A stretch of 64,000 nucleotides of DNA, taken from assembly GCA_024277065.1 (NCBI GenBank), contig JAJRVY010000179.1:7645-71644 (forward strand), in the 5' to 3' direction. The notes under the pieces are model-generated. The model was not told the origin of the DNA. It worked only from the letters and a program-made list of their open reading frames with translations, and ran no database searches. Shown here in pieces: positions 54,120 to 64,000 of this stretch; position 1 is the first letter of the stretch; each line of letters opens with the position of its first letter. Source of the DNA: Planctomycetota bacterium (GTDB lineage Bacteria; Planctomycetota; JAJSAM01; JAJVHW01). Made by a program: the position numbers and the translations under genes.

Positions 54120-54845
54120 CTACACCGCCTCGCTCGCCCTCGGTCCCAGGAACTCATTTCTGCGCGAACCCTGAGTTGCGGCCGTCCCGCGGAGGGTGCG
54201 GGCGGTGGCCGTGGGATCGGGGGCGCCGAGCACGGCGGCGCAGACCGCGATGCGTGTGAAGCCTGCCGCGGCCACGGCTCGCGCGCGATCGACGTCGATG
54301 CCGCCGATGGCGAAGGCCGGCACGCCGGCGGCCTCCGCCCGTGCGGCGAGGGGCGCCAGCCCGGCGGGGGAGCCGACGGGCACGGCGCGGCCCTTCGTAG
54401 CCGTGGCGTACACGCTGCCGACGCCGACGTAGTCCGCCCCGGCGGCGAGCGTGCGGTCCAGTTCCGCCGCGTCGTGTGTGGAGACGCCGACGAGCGCGTG
54501 CGGTCCGAGCGCTCGGCGCGCCGAGGCGACGCTCGCGTCGCCTTGCCCGACGTGTACGCCGTCGCAGTCCACACCCGCGGCGACGTCCAAACGGTCGTTG
54601 ACGATGAACAGTGCTCCGTGCGCGCGGCAGAGGGCGCCGACGACCGCCGCCCGCTCGAGGAGCGCCGCGGCGCAGAGCGACTTCTCGCGGAGTTGCACGA
54701 CGTCCACGCCGCCCGCGAGTGCGTGCTCCGTCGCCGCCAGCCAGTCGCCGCGCGCCGCCGCCGCGGTCACGAGCAGATAGAGGTGCGCGTCGCGCAATCG
54801 CGCTCTGCGTCGTCGTCGCTCCGTCGTGAAGGTCGCGTCGCACAT
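54120..54845 (-). CDS. thiE: Thiamine-phosphate synthase
   Basis: TMP-TENI family blocks (VVQLREK, FIVNDRLDVA, GVHVGQGD, IGGI). Confidence 0.8.
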   Translation of the reverse strand: MCDATFTTERRRRRARLRDAHLYLLVTAAAARGDWLAATEHALAGGVDVVQLREKSLCAAALLERAAVVGALCRAHGALFIVNDRLDVAAGVDCDGVHVGQGDASVASARRALGPHALVGVSTHDAAELDRTLAAGADYVGVGSVYATATKGRAVPVGSPAGLAPLAARAEAAGVPAFAIGGIDVDRARAVAAAGFTRIAVCAAVLGAPDPTATARTLRGTAATQGSRRNEFLGPRASEAV

Positions 54846-54932
54846 GCGACGTCATCGTACATGGCGGCCTCCGCGCCCGGCCGCGCCGGCCGGGCGTGCT
54901 ATCCTGGTCTGCGGATCGCGGACACGACGATC

Positions 54933-55838
54933 ATGCATCCCCGACGCCACGCCCTCGCCACGCTCCTGCTCGCTGCCGCCGCCGCGGCCGCCGCGGCGGA
55001 CGACGTGCATCTCACGAACGGCAACACGCTCGAGGGTCACGCGCGCCGCGTCGGCAACGAGGTCGTCGTCGTGACGGCGGCCGGAGAACTGCGGCTGCCG
55101 GCCTCCGAAGTGCGCGAGATCGTGCCCGGCAAGACCCGCCGTGATCGCTACGTCGAGCGCCTCCGCGCCCTCGAGAAGAGCGCGCGTGCCACCGACGCCG
55201 ACGCCTACGTCGAGCTGGGGGACTGGTGCGCCGCGCAGCGCCTCCGCGCCGAGGCCGGCCGGGCGTTCCGGCGCGCGCTCGAGCTGGACGCCGACCATCG
55301 CGCGGCTCACGTACGCCTCGGCCACGTGCGTCATGAGGGGCGCTGGCTGACCGAGGCGCAGTACTACGAGGCACGCGGCTTCGTCCGGGACGGCGGCGCG
55401 TGGGTGCACCGCGACGAGCTCGCACGACGCCGGGCGAGGGTGGCGCGAGAGAAGGCGCTGCGCACGCACCGCGACACGATCCGGTCCTGCGTGCGGCGCA
55501 TGCAGTCGCAGAGGCGCAAGGAACGCCAGCTCGCCAAGGTCGAACTGCAGGAGTACGCCGAGAGCATCGGCGACCTGCGCCTGGCCTCGTTCGCCTCCGA
55601 CGTCGCCGACGGCTACAACGCGCAGTGGCGCGTCATCCGGCAGCAGCTCGCGCGCGGCACGGCCCTGACCGAGATCCGCGCCACGCAGGCCACGCTGAAG
55701 CGTCCGATCCCGGTCTTCACGACGAGCCTGGGCGCCAACTCGACCCCCGTGCGCATCCAGCTCCCCGAGCTGGCCATCACGTCGATCCGCACGACGGTCC
55801 TGGTGCCGCTGGACATCGAACTCGACGAAGACGACTGA
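54933..55838 (+). CDS. Secreted hypothetical protein
   Basis: Signal peptide (ALATLLLAAAAAAAAA). 301 aa with no confident family match. Confidence 0.45.
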   Translation: MHPRRHALATLLLAAAAAAAAADDVHLTNGNTLEGHARRVGNEVVVVTAAGELRLPASEVREIVPGKTRRDRYVERLRALEKSARATDADAYVELGDWCAAQRLRAEAGRAFRRALELDADHRAAHVRLGHVRHEGRWLTEAQYYEARGFVRDGGAWVHRDELARRRARVAREKALRTHRDTIRSCVRRMQSQRRKERQLAKVELQEYAESIGDLRLASFASDVADGYNAQWRVIRQQLARGTALTEIRATQATLKRPIPVFTTSLGANSTPVRIQLPELAITSIRTTVLVPLDIELDEDD

Positions 55839-55918
55839 CGGCGGGGCGCACGCCCCGCCGCGACGGCGCGAGACAGCGGCGACATCCGGCGCTGCGGCCG
55901 TAGCCTCTGCGGCCGTCG

Positions 55919-57340
55919 ATGTTGTTCAACACGCCCGAGTTCGCCGTCTTCCTCGCAGTGGTGTTCTGCGTCTACCACTGTCTGCGAACGCGTGCGCAGA
56001 ACGTGCTCCTGCTCGTCGCGAGCTACGTGTTCTACGGATGGTGGGACTGGCGCTTCTGCTCGCTGCTCGCGCTCTCGACGATCGTGGACTTCGTCGTCGC
56101 GCGGTCCATCGAGGGCAGCAGCGACGCGCGGCGCCGGCGGCGGCTGCTGCTCGTCAGCCTCTCCGCCAACCTCGGGATGCTCGGCATCTTCAAGTACCTC
56201 GACTTCTTCACGGGCAGCGCCGTCCACCTGCTCGAGGCGCTCGGCTTCCACCCCGACCTGCCGACGCTCGGCATCGTGCTGCCGGTCGGCATCAGCTTCT
56301 ACACCTTCCAGACGATGGCCTACACGATCGACGTCTACCGGCGTCGCATGCGCGCCACGCGCGATCCGATCGCCTTCGGCGTCTACGTGGCCTACTTCCC
56401 GCAGCTCGTGGCGGGGCCCATCGAGCGCGCGCAGCGGCTGCTCCCGCAGATCACGCGGCGGCGTCGCGTGGACGCCGCCGCGTTGTCGTCCGGGGTGCTG
56501 CTCTTCACGATCGGACTCGTGCGCAAGGTCGTCATCGCGGACGGCGTCGCGCCGATCGTCGATGAGGTCTTCGCCGACCCCGGCGCGCACACGGCATCAC
56601 GCGTGGCGCTCGGTGTGTTCTTCTTCGGGCTCCAGATCTACGGCGACTTCGCCGGCTACTCCGACATGGCCCGCGGCGTGAGCCGGCTGCTCGGCATCGA
56701 ACTGGTCGAGAACTTTCAGCACCCCTACGTCGCGACCAACATCACGGACTTCTGGAGACGCTGGCACGTCTCGCTCTCGCAGTGGCTGCGGGACTACCTC
56801 TACATTCCGCTCGGCGGCAACCGCGGTTCGCCGCTCGCCACGTATCGCAATCTGTTCCTCACGATGTTCCTCGGCGGGCTGTGGCACGGCGCCTCCTGGA
56901 CGTTCGTCGTCTGGGGCTCGGCGCACGGGCTCGCGCTGGCGCTCCACAAGCTCGTCGTGGGGCGCGGCCGCGCGCGCTCGGCCGACCTGGCGCAGGGCGC
57001 CGCGGGACGCGCCGTGCGGCTCTGCAACTGGGCGTTCACCATGGCCTTCGTGTGGCTGGCCTGGGTGTTCTTCCGCGCGCCCGACTTCGACGGTGCGCGC
57101 ACCGTGCTCGCCGCGTGCGTGAACGGTGCACCCGGGGGCTCGGCGCTCGAGCTCTCGCACGCGGCCTTCTACGTCGCCGTACTCGCTCTGATCGACGTAC
57201 CCCAGATCCTCGGGCGCGATCACTGCGCCGTGCTGCGCTGGCCCGCCGTTGCACGGGGCGCGCTCTACACTCTCTGGCTGATCCTCATTGTCGGTGCCTG
57301 GTCCTCCGATGCCTCACCCTTCATCTACTTCCAGTTCTGA
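55919..57340 (+). CDS. MBOAT-family membrane-bound O-acyltransferase (AlgI/DltB-like)
   Basis: Multi-TM protein with MBOAT signature blocks (FWRRWHVSLSQWLRDYLYIPLGGNRG). Confidence 0.85.
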   Translation: MLFNTPEFAVFLAVVFCVYHCLRTRAQNVLLLVASYVFYGWWDWRFCSLLALSTIVDFVVARSIEGSSDARRRRRLLLVSLSANLGMLGIFKYLDFFTGSAVHLLEALGFHPDLPTLGIVLPVGISFYTFQTMAYTIDVYRRRMRATRDPIAFGVYVAYFPQLVAGPIERAQRLLPQITRRRRVDAAALSSGVLLFTIGLVRKVVIADGVAPIVDEVFADPGAHTASRVALGVFFFGLQIYGDFAGYSDMARGVSRLLGIELVENFQHPYVATNITDFWRRWHVSLSQWLRDYLYIPLGGNRGSPLATYRNLFLTMFLGGLWHGASWTFVVWGSAHGLALALHKLVVGRGRARSADLAQGAAGRAVRLCNWAFTMAFVWLAWVFFRAPDFDGARTVLAACVNGAPGGSALELSHAAFYVAVLALIDVPQILGRDHCAVLRWPAVARGALYTLWLILIVGAWSSDASPFIYFQF

Positions 57341-58403
57341 GCGGCGCTCCCTCTCCCTCGCCGGCTCCCTGACCGGACTGCGTCCCTGGGGCGTGCTCTG
57401 GATGGTCGCCTTCCTCCTCGCCGGCGAGCTGTTCGTGGCGCGCTCGGAGTGGTTCTGGACCTGGCCCGAGAGGTCGCGCAGCGGGGCGTTCCGCGTGCTC
57501 GAGCGCCGCGTGATGGCGCGGCGCCCGAACCCCGTGGTGGCTATCGTCGGCAGCAGCCGGTTGCGCGACGCGCTGGCGCCCGCGGCTCTCGAGGACGAGT
57601 TGGGACTGCCGCGCGGTGCGGTCGCAAACCTGTCTCTGACGTCCGGTAGCCCGCTCGATGAGCGCGCGCTCTTGCAGCGCAATGGCGTGTGGTTCTCGCG
57701 CGCGTCCGTACTCGTCGTCGGCGTGGAGGACTGGTACTTCGTGAACGCCTACGCACCGCACGAGCGGGAACGGCGCTTCGCGACGTGGCCGGAGCAGGAG
57801 GCCGGCTGGGCCGGACGCGGCGATCTGCCGCGCGCTCTCCTCGAGCACTGCGTGTGGTCGTTCGGCGCCGCGCGGCGGCTGGGCGATCTCGTGCGCGCGG
57901 GGCCGCGACCGCTGGTGCGCCCCTTGCGGCTGGACGGCGACGACCGCCTGACGTGGCGGCGCGCCAAGGTCGCCGAGGGGCCACCGTCCGTGCCCGTGGG
58001 CGCCGCCGTGCGGCGTTACTACGGCGCTGTCGGCGACCACGCTGCCGGCGAGGTCCGTGGACCGAGTTTCCGCGAGGCGGCGCTGCGGGACGTGGTGCGT
58101 GCTGGGCGCGCTGCCGGACTGCGCGTCGTCTTCGTGCAGGTGCCGTGGCGTGAGGAGTACGTGGACGGGGTGGAGGGTGGCCACGCCGCGGCGTGGCGGA
58201 CGTACCACGATCGCCTGGCGGCCCTCGCCGGCCGCCTGGACGTGCCGCTCATCGCGGCGGACCGCGGGTCCGAGAGCGGTCTGCGGAGGACGGACTTCGT
58301 CGATTACGGCCACATGACCGAGGCCGCCGGCGCACGCTACGCGGCCTGGCTCGCGGCGCGCCTGCGTGCGATCGGCGTCGTCGCCGGGCGCGATGGGCGC
58401 TGA
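57309..58403 (+). CDS. MBOAT partner protein (AlgJ/AlgX/DltD-like acyl-transfer accessory; SGNH-like)
   Basis: Lies immediately downstream of, and overlapping, the MBOAT gene. N-terminal TM. Family assignment rests on gene context plus weak similarity. Confidence 0.45.
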   Translation: MPHPSSTSSSERRSLSLAGSLTGLRPWGVLWMVAFLLAGELFVARSEWFWTWPERSRSGAFRVLERRVMARRPNPVVAIVGSSRLRDALAPAALEDELGLPRGAVANLSLTSGSPLDERALLQRNGVWFSRASVLVVGVEDWYFVNAYAPHERERRFATWPEQEAGWAGRGDLPRALLEHCVWSFGAARRLGDLVRAGPRPLVRPLRLDGDDRLTWRRAKVAEGPPSVPVGAAVRRYYGAVGDHAAGEVRGPSFREAALRDVVRAGRAAGLRVVFVQVPWREEYVDGVEGGHAAAWRTYHDRLAALAGRLDVPLIAADRGSESGLRRTDFVDYGHMTEAAGARYAAWLAARLRAIGVVAGRDGR

Positions 58404-58739
58404 GGAGCGGCGGCTGCGCGGCGGCCACGCATCTCGTGCGTGGCTGTCAGCCTGACAGCGCGGCGCCCGCCGATGCCCGAGACTGCCATTCTGGCACCTG
58501 CGGGTCTACTCGCCTGCGTTGCCGTAAGTCGTTTTGCTCTTGGGTCTTAGGGCCTGGGCGCGAGGCCGCCCCGCGTTGGTATCGCCATTGCTCCGCTGTG
58601 CCCACACCACCGCGTGGATCGATCCGCGTCGTGGGGTGGAGGGAGTTGCGACTCCCCCCGCCGAGGGAAGCCCGAGGGCGGCAACAACAGGTAAGTTGCG
58701 CGGCGCGGACGAGCCGCGGCGCGAGGAGACCCAGCATCA

Positions 58740-59050
58740 TGGCGAAGCCCAGCAAGAAGACCACCATCCGGCCCATCAACGACAAGGTGCTCGTGAAGCG
58801 CCTCGAGGCCGAGAGCAAGACGGCGGGCGGCATCGTCCTTCCGGACAACGCCAAGGAGAAGCCCAAGGAGGGCACGGTCGTCGCCGTCGGCAACGGCCGG
58901 CTCCTGAAGAGCGGTGAGCGCGCCGCGTTCCAGGTCGCGGCCGGCGACCGCGTCATCTTCAGCTCCTACGCCGGCACCGAGATCAAGGTGCAGGGCGAGG
59001 AGTTCCTGATCCTGGCCGAGGACGACGTCCTCGCCATCATCGCGGGCTAG
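58740..59050 (+). CDS. groES: Co-chaperonin GroES
   Basis: [35 protein letters not shown]. Confidence 0.92.
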
Positions 59051-59102
59051 TGGTCGCCCCGACCCTCCCTCCACAGAGACTCCAGAAGGAAGGCAGGCAA
59101 CG

Positions 59103-60794
59103 ATGAGTGCGAAGAAGATCGCCTACGACCAGGAAGCGCGCGAGAACACGCGCCGCGGCGTCAAGGCCCTGGCCCGCGCCGTGAAGGTCACCCTCGGTCC
59201 CCGCGGCCGCAACGTCCTGATCGAGGAGAGCTTCGGCGCCCCGCAGGTCACCAAGGACGGTGCCACGGTGGCGAAGGAGGTCGATCTCAAGGATCGCTAC
59301 GAGAACATCGGTGCGATCATGGTCCGCGAGGTCGCGACCAAGACGGCCGACGTCGCCGGCGACGGCACGACGACGGCCGTCGTGCTGGCCGAGGCGATCT
59401 TCGAAGAGGGGCTCAAGAACGTCGCCGCCGGCGCCTCGCCCCTCGGGATCAAGAAAGGCATCGAGCTGGCCGTCGATCGCGTGACTGAGCAGCTCGGCAA
59501 GGCGTCGATCAAGGTCCGCGCCGACGCCGAGGAGCAGATCGCGCAGATCGCCGCCGTCGCCGCCAACAACGACCTCGACATCGGTCGCAAGATCGCCGAG
59601 GCGATCACCAAGGTCGGCAGCAACGGTGTGGTCACGATCGAGGAAGGGCGCGGCATCGCGACCGACGTCGAGTGGAAGGAGGGCATGCAGTTCGACAAGG
59701 GCTGGCTCTCGCCGCACTTCGTCAACAAGCCGGAGGGCATGGAGTGCGTGCTCGAGAACGCGTTCGTGCTCGTCCACGAGAAGAAGATCTCCTCGATCAA
59801 GGACATGCTCCCCTTGCTCGAGAAGCTGGCCAAGGCTGGCAAGCCGCTGCTGATCCTCGCCGAGGACGTCGAGGGCGAGGCCCTCGCGACGCTCGTCGTC
59901 AACCGTCTGCGCGGTACGCTCGACGTGTGCGCCGTCAAGGCGCCCGGCTTCGGGGACCGCCGCAAGGCCATGATGCAGGACATCGCCGTCCTGACGGGCG
60001 GCACGGCCCTCTTCGAGGATCTCGGCGTCAAGCTCGAGAACGTCGAGGTGAAGGATCTCGGGACCGCCAAGAAAGTCATCATCACCAAGGACGACACGAC
60101 GATCGTCGAGGGTGGCGGGACGAGGAAGGACATCGCCGCGCGGGGCGAGCAGATCCGGCGCGAGCTCGAGGACACCAAGAGCGACTACGACCGTGAGAAG
60201 CTCCAGGAGCGCCTCGCGAAGCTCGCCGGCGGCGTCGCTCAGATCAACGTCGGGGCGGCGACCGAGGTCGAGATGAAGGAGAAGAAGATGCGCGTCGAGG
60301 ACGCGCGCGACGCCACGTTCGCCGCGCTGGAGGAGGGCATCCTCGCCGGCGGCGGCACGGCGCTCCTGCGGGCGCGGTCCGCGCTCTCCGGCATGGAGAA
60401 CGACGAGGAGTACGCCGACGAGGTCAAGGTCGGCATCGCCATCGTCCGCCGCGCCCTCGAGGCACCGATCCGCCAGATCGCGGAGAATGCGGGCGTGGAC
60501 GGTTCGATCGTCGTGGACAGGGTCTGCGCCGGGAAGAAGACCTTCGGCTTCAATGCGGCCACCGAGACCTACGGCGACCTCGTGGAGATGGGCGTCATCG
60601 ATCCTCGCAAGGTCGTGCGCGTGGCGCTCCAGAACGCCGCGTGGGTCGCCCCCTTGCTGCTGACCACCGAGGCCGTCATCACCGAGATCCCCGAGAAGAA
60701 GCCCGCGATGCCCGCCGGTGGTGGCGGCGACATGGGCGGCATGGGCGGCGGCATGGGCGGAATGGGCGGCATGGGCGGAATGGGCGGCTTCTGA
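59103..60794 (+). CDS. groEL: Chaperonin GroEL
   Basis: Full-length Hsp60 with a C-terminal GGM repeat tail. Confidence 0.95.
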   Translation: MSAKKIAYDQEARENTRRGVKALARAVKVTLGPRGRNVLIEESFGAPQVTKDGATVAKEVDLKDRYENIGAIMVREVATKTADVAGDGTTTAVVLAEAIFEEGLKNVAAGASPLGIKKGIELAVDRVTEQLGKASIKVRADAEEQIAQIAAVAANNDLDIGRKIAEAITKVGSNGVVTIEEGRGIATDVEWKEGMQFDKGWLSPHFVNKPEGMECVLENAFVLVHEKKISSIKDMLPLLEKLAKAGKPLLILAEDVEGEALATLVVNRLRGTLDVCAVKAPGFGDRRKAMMQDIAVLTGGTALFEDLGVKLENVEVKDLGTAKKVIITKDDTTIVEGGGTRKDIAARGEQIRRELEDTKSDYDREKLQERLAKLAGGVAQINVGAATEVEMKEKKMRVEDARDATFAALEEGILAGGGTALLRARSALSGMENDEEYADEVKVGIAIVRRALEAPIRQIAENAGVDGSIVVDRVCAGKKTFGFNAATETYGDLVEMGVIDPRKVVRVALQNAAWVAPLLLTTEAVITEIPEKKPAMPAGGGGDMGGMGGGMGGMGGMGGMGGF

Positions 60795-60854
60795 GAGGCG
60801 ACGTCCGTCCGAGGTACTGCGGGCGTTGCGCCCGGGCTCCTCCTCAAACCAGGT

Positions 60855-60892
60855 AGGTCCAAGACATCGGGGCGCCGTGCGGCGCCCCGATG
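60855..60892 (+). terminator. Rho-independent terminator of groESL (CATCGGGGCGCC-GTGC-GGCGCCCCGATG followed by TTCGTGTTGT)
   Basis: Perfect 12-bp stem plus T-rich tail. Confidence 0.6.
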
Positions 60893-60904
60893 TTCGTGTT
60901 GTAG

Positions 60905-61930
60905 GTGGACCGTCCATCGTGTACGTATCGGAGAGTCGGGGCCCCGTGCATGCGGCGTTCCGCGCCCGTTACGATCGAATGCATTCCGGGAGGCGCTGTG
61001 CCGGACGGAGTCCCGACCTCCGATTCACATGCCCCGTGCGTTGCCTGCGCGGGGCCGACTCGCGAACTCGGCACGCGGGGTGACTATCTCTACGTGTCCT
61101 GCCGTCGTTGCGGCACGGCGCAGCTCGATCCGATGCCCACGGCGGACGAGCTGGCTCATGCGTACGAGCATGACTACGCGACGTCGGGGCACTACGACGG
61201 CTCTCCGACGGCGGTCGCGCGGCTCGCGGCGCCCCTCTACCGCGCCGTGGGTGACCTCGTCCAGACGACGCCCCGGCCGGCCGGGACGGTGCTGGACGTT
61301 GGTTGCGGATGGGGCGGTTTCCTGTCGGTGCTCCGTGATGCGGGAGTGCCCGCCGAGGGCGTCGATTTCCCCTCCGCCACACTCGCCCACTGCATCTCCC
61401 TCGGCCACACGGTGCGCGAGATCACGCGTCTCGGAGAGGCGCTCGAACGTCGCTATGCGGCGCTGACGCTGATCACGGTCTTCGAGCACCTGGCGGACCA
61501 TCGCGCGACGCTGCGCGAGCTCGCGGGCTGGCTCGTTCCCGGCGGGATCATGGTGATCCTGACGCCCACGTCGTCCGTGTTCTCGCGGGTCGCGGCGGCC
61601 GTTCGGACGGTGCGCGGCGGGCGCGAGATCCCCGCCGTCAACACGACGTTCTGCCCACCCTGGCACACTGTCATCCCCTCCGTGGCCGGCGCACGCCTCA
61701 TGATCGCAGACGCCGGACTCGAGGTGTGCGACGTCCGTCCGTCCCCCTGCACCGTCGGCACCGGCGTCGTGCGCGTCGCTCAAGTCGGCGCCGAGCTGGT
61801 CGCACGCGCGGGGTTCGCGGTCCTCGGCGAGCGCTGGCCCCTGGTGTTGAACCACATCATCGTCTGTCGTGTCCCGGAGCCGGTCGAGGGTGCGGGGAGG
61901 GTGGGGGACTCTGCCAGGATGCACACGTGA
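60905..61930 (+). CDS. Class I SAM-dependent methyltransferase with an N-terminal zinc-ribbon (C-x2-C ... C-x2-C)
   Basis: VLDVGCGWGGF motif I and CVACAG...CRRCG zinc ribbon. The start codon is uncertain, with several in-frame Met. Confidence 0.6.
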   Translation: MDRPSCTYRRVGAPCMRRSAPVTIECIPGGAVPDGVPTSDSHAPCVACAGPTRELGTRGDYLYVSCRRCGTAQLDPMPTADELAHAYEHDYATSGHYDGSPTAVARLAAPLYRAVGDLVQTTPRPAGTVLDVGCGWGGFLSVLRDAGVPAEGVDFPSATLAHCISLGHTVREITRLGEALERRYAALTLITVFEHLADHRATLRELAGWLVPGGIMVILTPTSSVFSRVAAAVRTVRGGREIPAVNTTFCPPWHTVIPSVAGARLMIADAGLEVCDVRPSPCTVGTGVVRVAQVGAELVARAGFAVLGERWPLVLNHIIVCRVPEPVEGAGRVGDSARMHT

Positions 61931-63000
61931 CGGACGCCCGCGACGGGATCGGCGCGCCGACGCTCGTCTGTGGCTTCCCGAAGTCGGGGACGACGCTCGT
62001 GGCGGCGCTGCTGGACGGGCACCCGGATCTGCTGTGCTTCCCGGAGGAGACCTGGGCGCTCAAGGTGGCCTCGCGCTTCCCTCACGCGGACTGGCTCGAT
62101 CACATCCTCGCCTCGGAAGGCGTGCGGCGGCTCGGGCAGGGCGTCGCCGACGGCCCCGACGGGCCGCGGGACTTCACGGGCTTTGACTTCGCGCGTTTCG
62201 AGAGCGAGGCCGCTCGGCGTTGGGCGGCATCCGACGGCTCGCCGCGCTCTCTGATGGAGAGCGTGGTCGGCGCGTTCGGGTGTGCGCTCGGCCGTGGGGG
62301 CGTCGTGCGCTGGGTGGAGAAGAGCCCCGAGCATGAGTTGCAGCTCGCGCGTCACGCTGCCGACTGGCCGGATCTGCGCGTCGTTCACGTCGTGCGCGAT
62401 CCGCGCGCCGTGCTGTGCTCCTTCCGTCGCAAGCGCGCGCGTCACGAGCAGAGGATCTACGTGGACGGGCTCGCCGCGCGCTGGAGGGCGGGGATCGCCG
62501 CCGTGGTCGCGCACGAGGAGCGGAATCCTGGCGCGGTCACGATCGTGCGCTACGAGGACGTCGTGCGGGAACACCGCGCGACGTTGACGCGCATCCTCGA
62601 CGCGCTCGGCTGCGCCTGGGACGCCGCCGTCGAGACGCCGACGCTGCTCGGCCGCCCGTGGCGGGGCAACTCGATGTACGCCGCGCAGATCGAGGGCATC
62701 TCCGCGGCGTCGGTCGAGCGCTGGCAGGGCGAGATCGACGCGGACGAGCGCGCCGTGATCGAGGCTTGCCTCCACGACGAACTGGCCGCGCTCGGGTACT
62801 GCGATGACGACGGCGGCCCGCGGCGTGGCGCCCGGTCGAGCGCCGTACGCGTCGTGCTGCGACATCGCGCCGGTCCGGGCGCGCGCCTGCGGTCCCTGCT
62901 GCGCCTGCGGGGGCTTCGTCGCGCGAAGCCGGCGCCGGTCGCGAGCGAAGCCTTTCGGCGGGCGTCGTCCTCAGTCGCGCAGCATCCACTCATGCGTTGA
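61927..63000 (+). CDS. Sulfotransferase-family protein (PAPS-binding P-loop GFPKSGTT)
   Basis: 5'-PSB motif PKSGTT and a 3'-PB-like region (RDPRAV). GTG start overlaps the methyltransferase stop (GTGA). Confidence 0.65.
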   Translation: MTDARDGIGAPTLVCGFPKSGTTLVAALLDGHPDLLCFPEETWALKVASRFPHADWLDHILASEGVRRLGQGVADGPDGPRDFTGFDFARFESEAARRWAASDGSPRSLMESVVGAFGCALGRGGVVRWVEKSPEHELQLARHAADWPDLRVVHVVRDPRAVLCSFRRKRARHEQRIYVDGLAARWRAGIAAVVAHEERNPGAVTIVRYEDVVREHRATLTRILDALGCAWDAAVETPTLLGRPWRGNSMYAAQIEGISAASVERWQGEIDADERAVIEACLHDELAALGYCDDDGGPRRGARSSAVRVVLRHRAGPGARLRSLLRLRGLRRAKPAPVASEAFRRASSSVAQHPLMR

Positions 63001-63834
63001 GCCGTCGAGGGCGGCGGCTACGTCGTCGTAGTTCTCGAGCAGCGCCTCGACGGAGTGCGGGTGCAGGCGTCGCGTGTGCGGGCGGGCGGGCGTCGGCGCG
63101 ATGCCGAGGAACGTGCAGACGCGCTCGTAGCCACGCTGTGGGCCGGCGTCGGCGATGTCCTCCTCGAACGTGAGATCGAGCACCCGCCTGCCCGCGAGCA
63201 GCGACGCGAGCTGCGCGTAGCTCCGCTCGATCTGGTCGAGGCAGGTGACGAGACTCTGCGGCTCGGCGCGCCTCGCAAAGCGGATGGCATCCACGCGCAG
63301 CCGAACGCGCTCCGGGGCTGCTTGCGCGCCACCTGACGGGGCGTGGCGCCGGCCGCTGCGCGTCCCCGCCTCGGCCGAGATCATGCGCCGCAGCGCGTTT
63401 CTGCGGCGCAGCACGATGTGGTGTGTGACCCCCGCACGCTCGATCTCGGCGACGCACTCCTCCAGCGGGCGCGCGACGATGGCGACGTGCTGCTGCGCGA
63501 GGAACTTCATCTCGAAGCCGTACCAGCGCCGCCCGGCGCACCACATGCGGCGTCGTAGGAAGCCCTCCGAGTCCCACGGCTCGAAGCGTCGCTCGCCCTG
63601 CGTGAAGTGGTGGAAGTAGATCTCGCGGTCCCATCTGACCGCGCGGTGCTGATTCAGCATCTCGCCCAGGACCGAACTCCCGCAGCGTCCGATGTGATAC
63701 AGGCACACGGCGCCGGGGCGCAGCGGCGAGAGGGGCCATCCGAGAAACTGGTCCACGCCGCGCGCGACGCCGCGCAGCCGGTTCGTCCAGCGGTGGGGGA
63801 GTCGTGAGCCGACGGCGTGGCGGAGCGAGCCCAT
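62971..63834 (-). CDS. Stf0-like sulfotransferase
   Basis: N-terminal YHIGRCGSSVLGEML P-loop, typical of the Stf0 / PF09037 family. Confidence 0.55.
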   Translation of the reverse strand: MGSLRHAVGSRLPHRWTNRLRGVARGVDQFLGWPLSPLRPGAVCLYHIGRCGSSVLGEMLNQHRAVRWDREIYFHHFTQGERRFEPWDSEGFLRRRMWCAGRRWYGFEMKFLAQQHVAIVARPLEECVAEIERAGVTHHIVLRRRNALRRMISAEAGTRSGRRHAPSGGAQAAPERVRLRVDAIRFARRAEPQSLVTCLDQIERSYAQLASLLAGRRVLDLTFEEDIADAGPQRGYERVCTFLGIAPTPARPHTRRLHPHSVEALLENYDDVAAALDGSTHEWMLRD

Positions 63835-63930
63835 CGCGACGGAGTATGACGGCGCACCGCGCCGCTGCGCATCCTTCTCCGGGGCACCCGCGCGGCGCGC
63901 AGTACACTCCCGCCTTCCCGGCCGAGGAGG

Positions 63931-64000
63931 ATGGAGGCCCGCACCGACGTGACCGAGAGCGACGCACCAGGACGGCGGCCGACCGGCCGAGCCGTGGCCG
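63931..64000 (+). CDS. Possible 5' end of a gene running off the window
   Basis: ATG preceded by GAGGAGG. Only 23 codons are visible. Confidence 0.25.
   Translation, partial: MEARTDVTESDAPGRRPTGRAVA

Noticed and set aside
58488-58520. TGGCAC motif upstream of groES as a possible sigma-54 (-24) element.
   Set aside because: No TTGC(A) -12 element follows at the required 4-5 nt spacing.

Overview
This is a very GC-rich (about 70%) bacterial chromosomal segment. Because stop codons are rare at this GC content, every frame carries long spurious R/A/P-rich ORFs. Genes were therefore called only where the translated sequence matches a recognisable protein family, or where signal peptide and RBS context supports it. 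The window holds about 55 CDS and two tRNA-Ser genes. Recognisable housekeeping genes are thiD, purB, the nnr/asparaginase genes, apeB, clpC, ino1, purF, queA, ligA, thiE and groES/groEL. They are interleaved with many secreted or surface proteins: giant Gly-rich proteins, HEAT-repeat proteins, an M36-like protease, a carboxypeptidase-regulatory-domain repeat protein, a Ser/Thr kinase, sulfotransferases, an MBOAT pair and an ECF sigma factor. Many adjacent genes have 4-bp ATGA/GTGA start/stop overlaps, which points to operons. No CRISPR array, transposase or integrase was seen. The strongest novelty candidate is an ogt (MGMT) gene whose catalytic-Cys codon is an in-frame TGA, followed at fdhF-like spacing by a hairpin with a GGUC apical loop. 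This makes it a candidate selenocysteine-containing DNA alkyltransferase; the alternative is a precise nonsense pseudogene. The other main findings are a compositionally atypical vWA/HEAT/HExxH Cys-rich secreted protein bracketed by two tRNA-Ser genes, a tandem-repeat Cys/Met lipoprotein next to an ECF sigma factor, an ino1 + GT4 pair, a methyltransferase/sulfotransferase cluster beside groESL, and several in-frame stop / open-extension anomalies.
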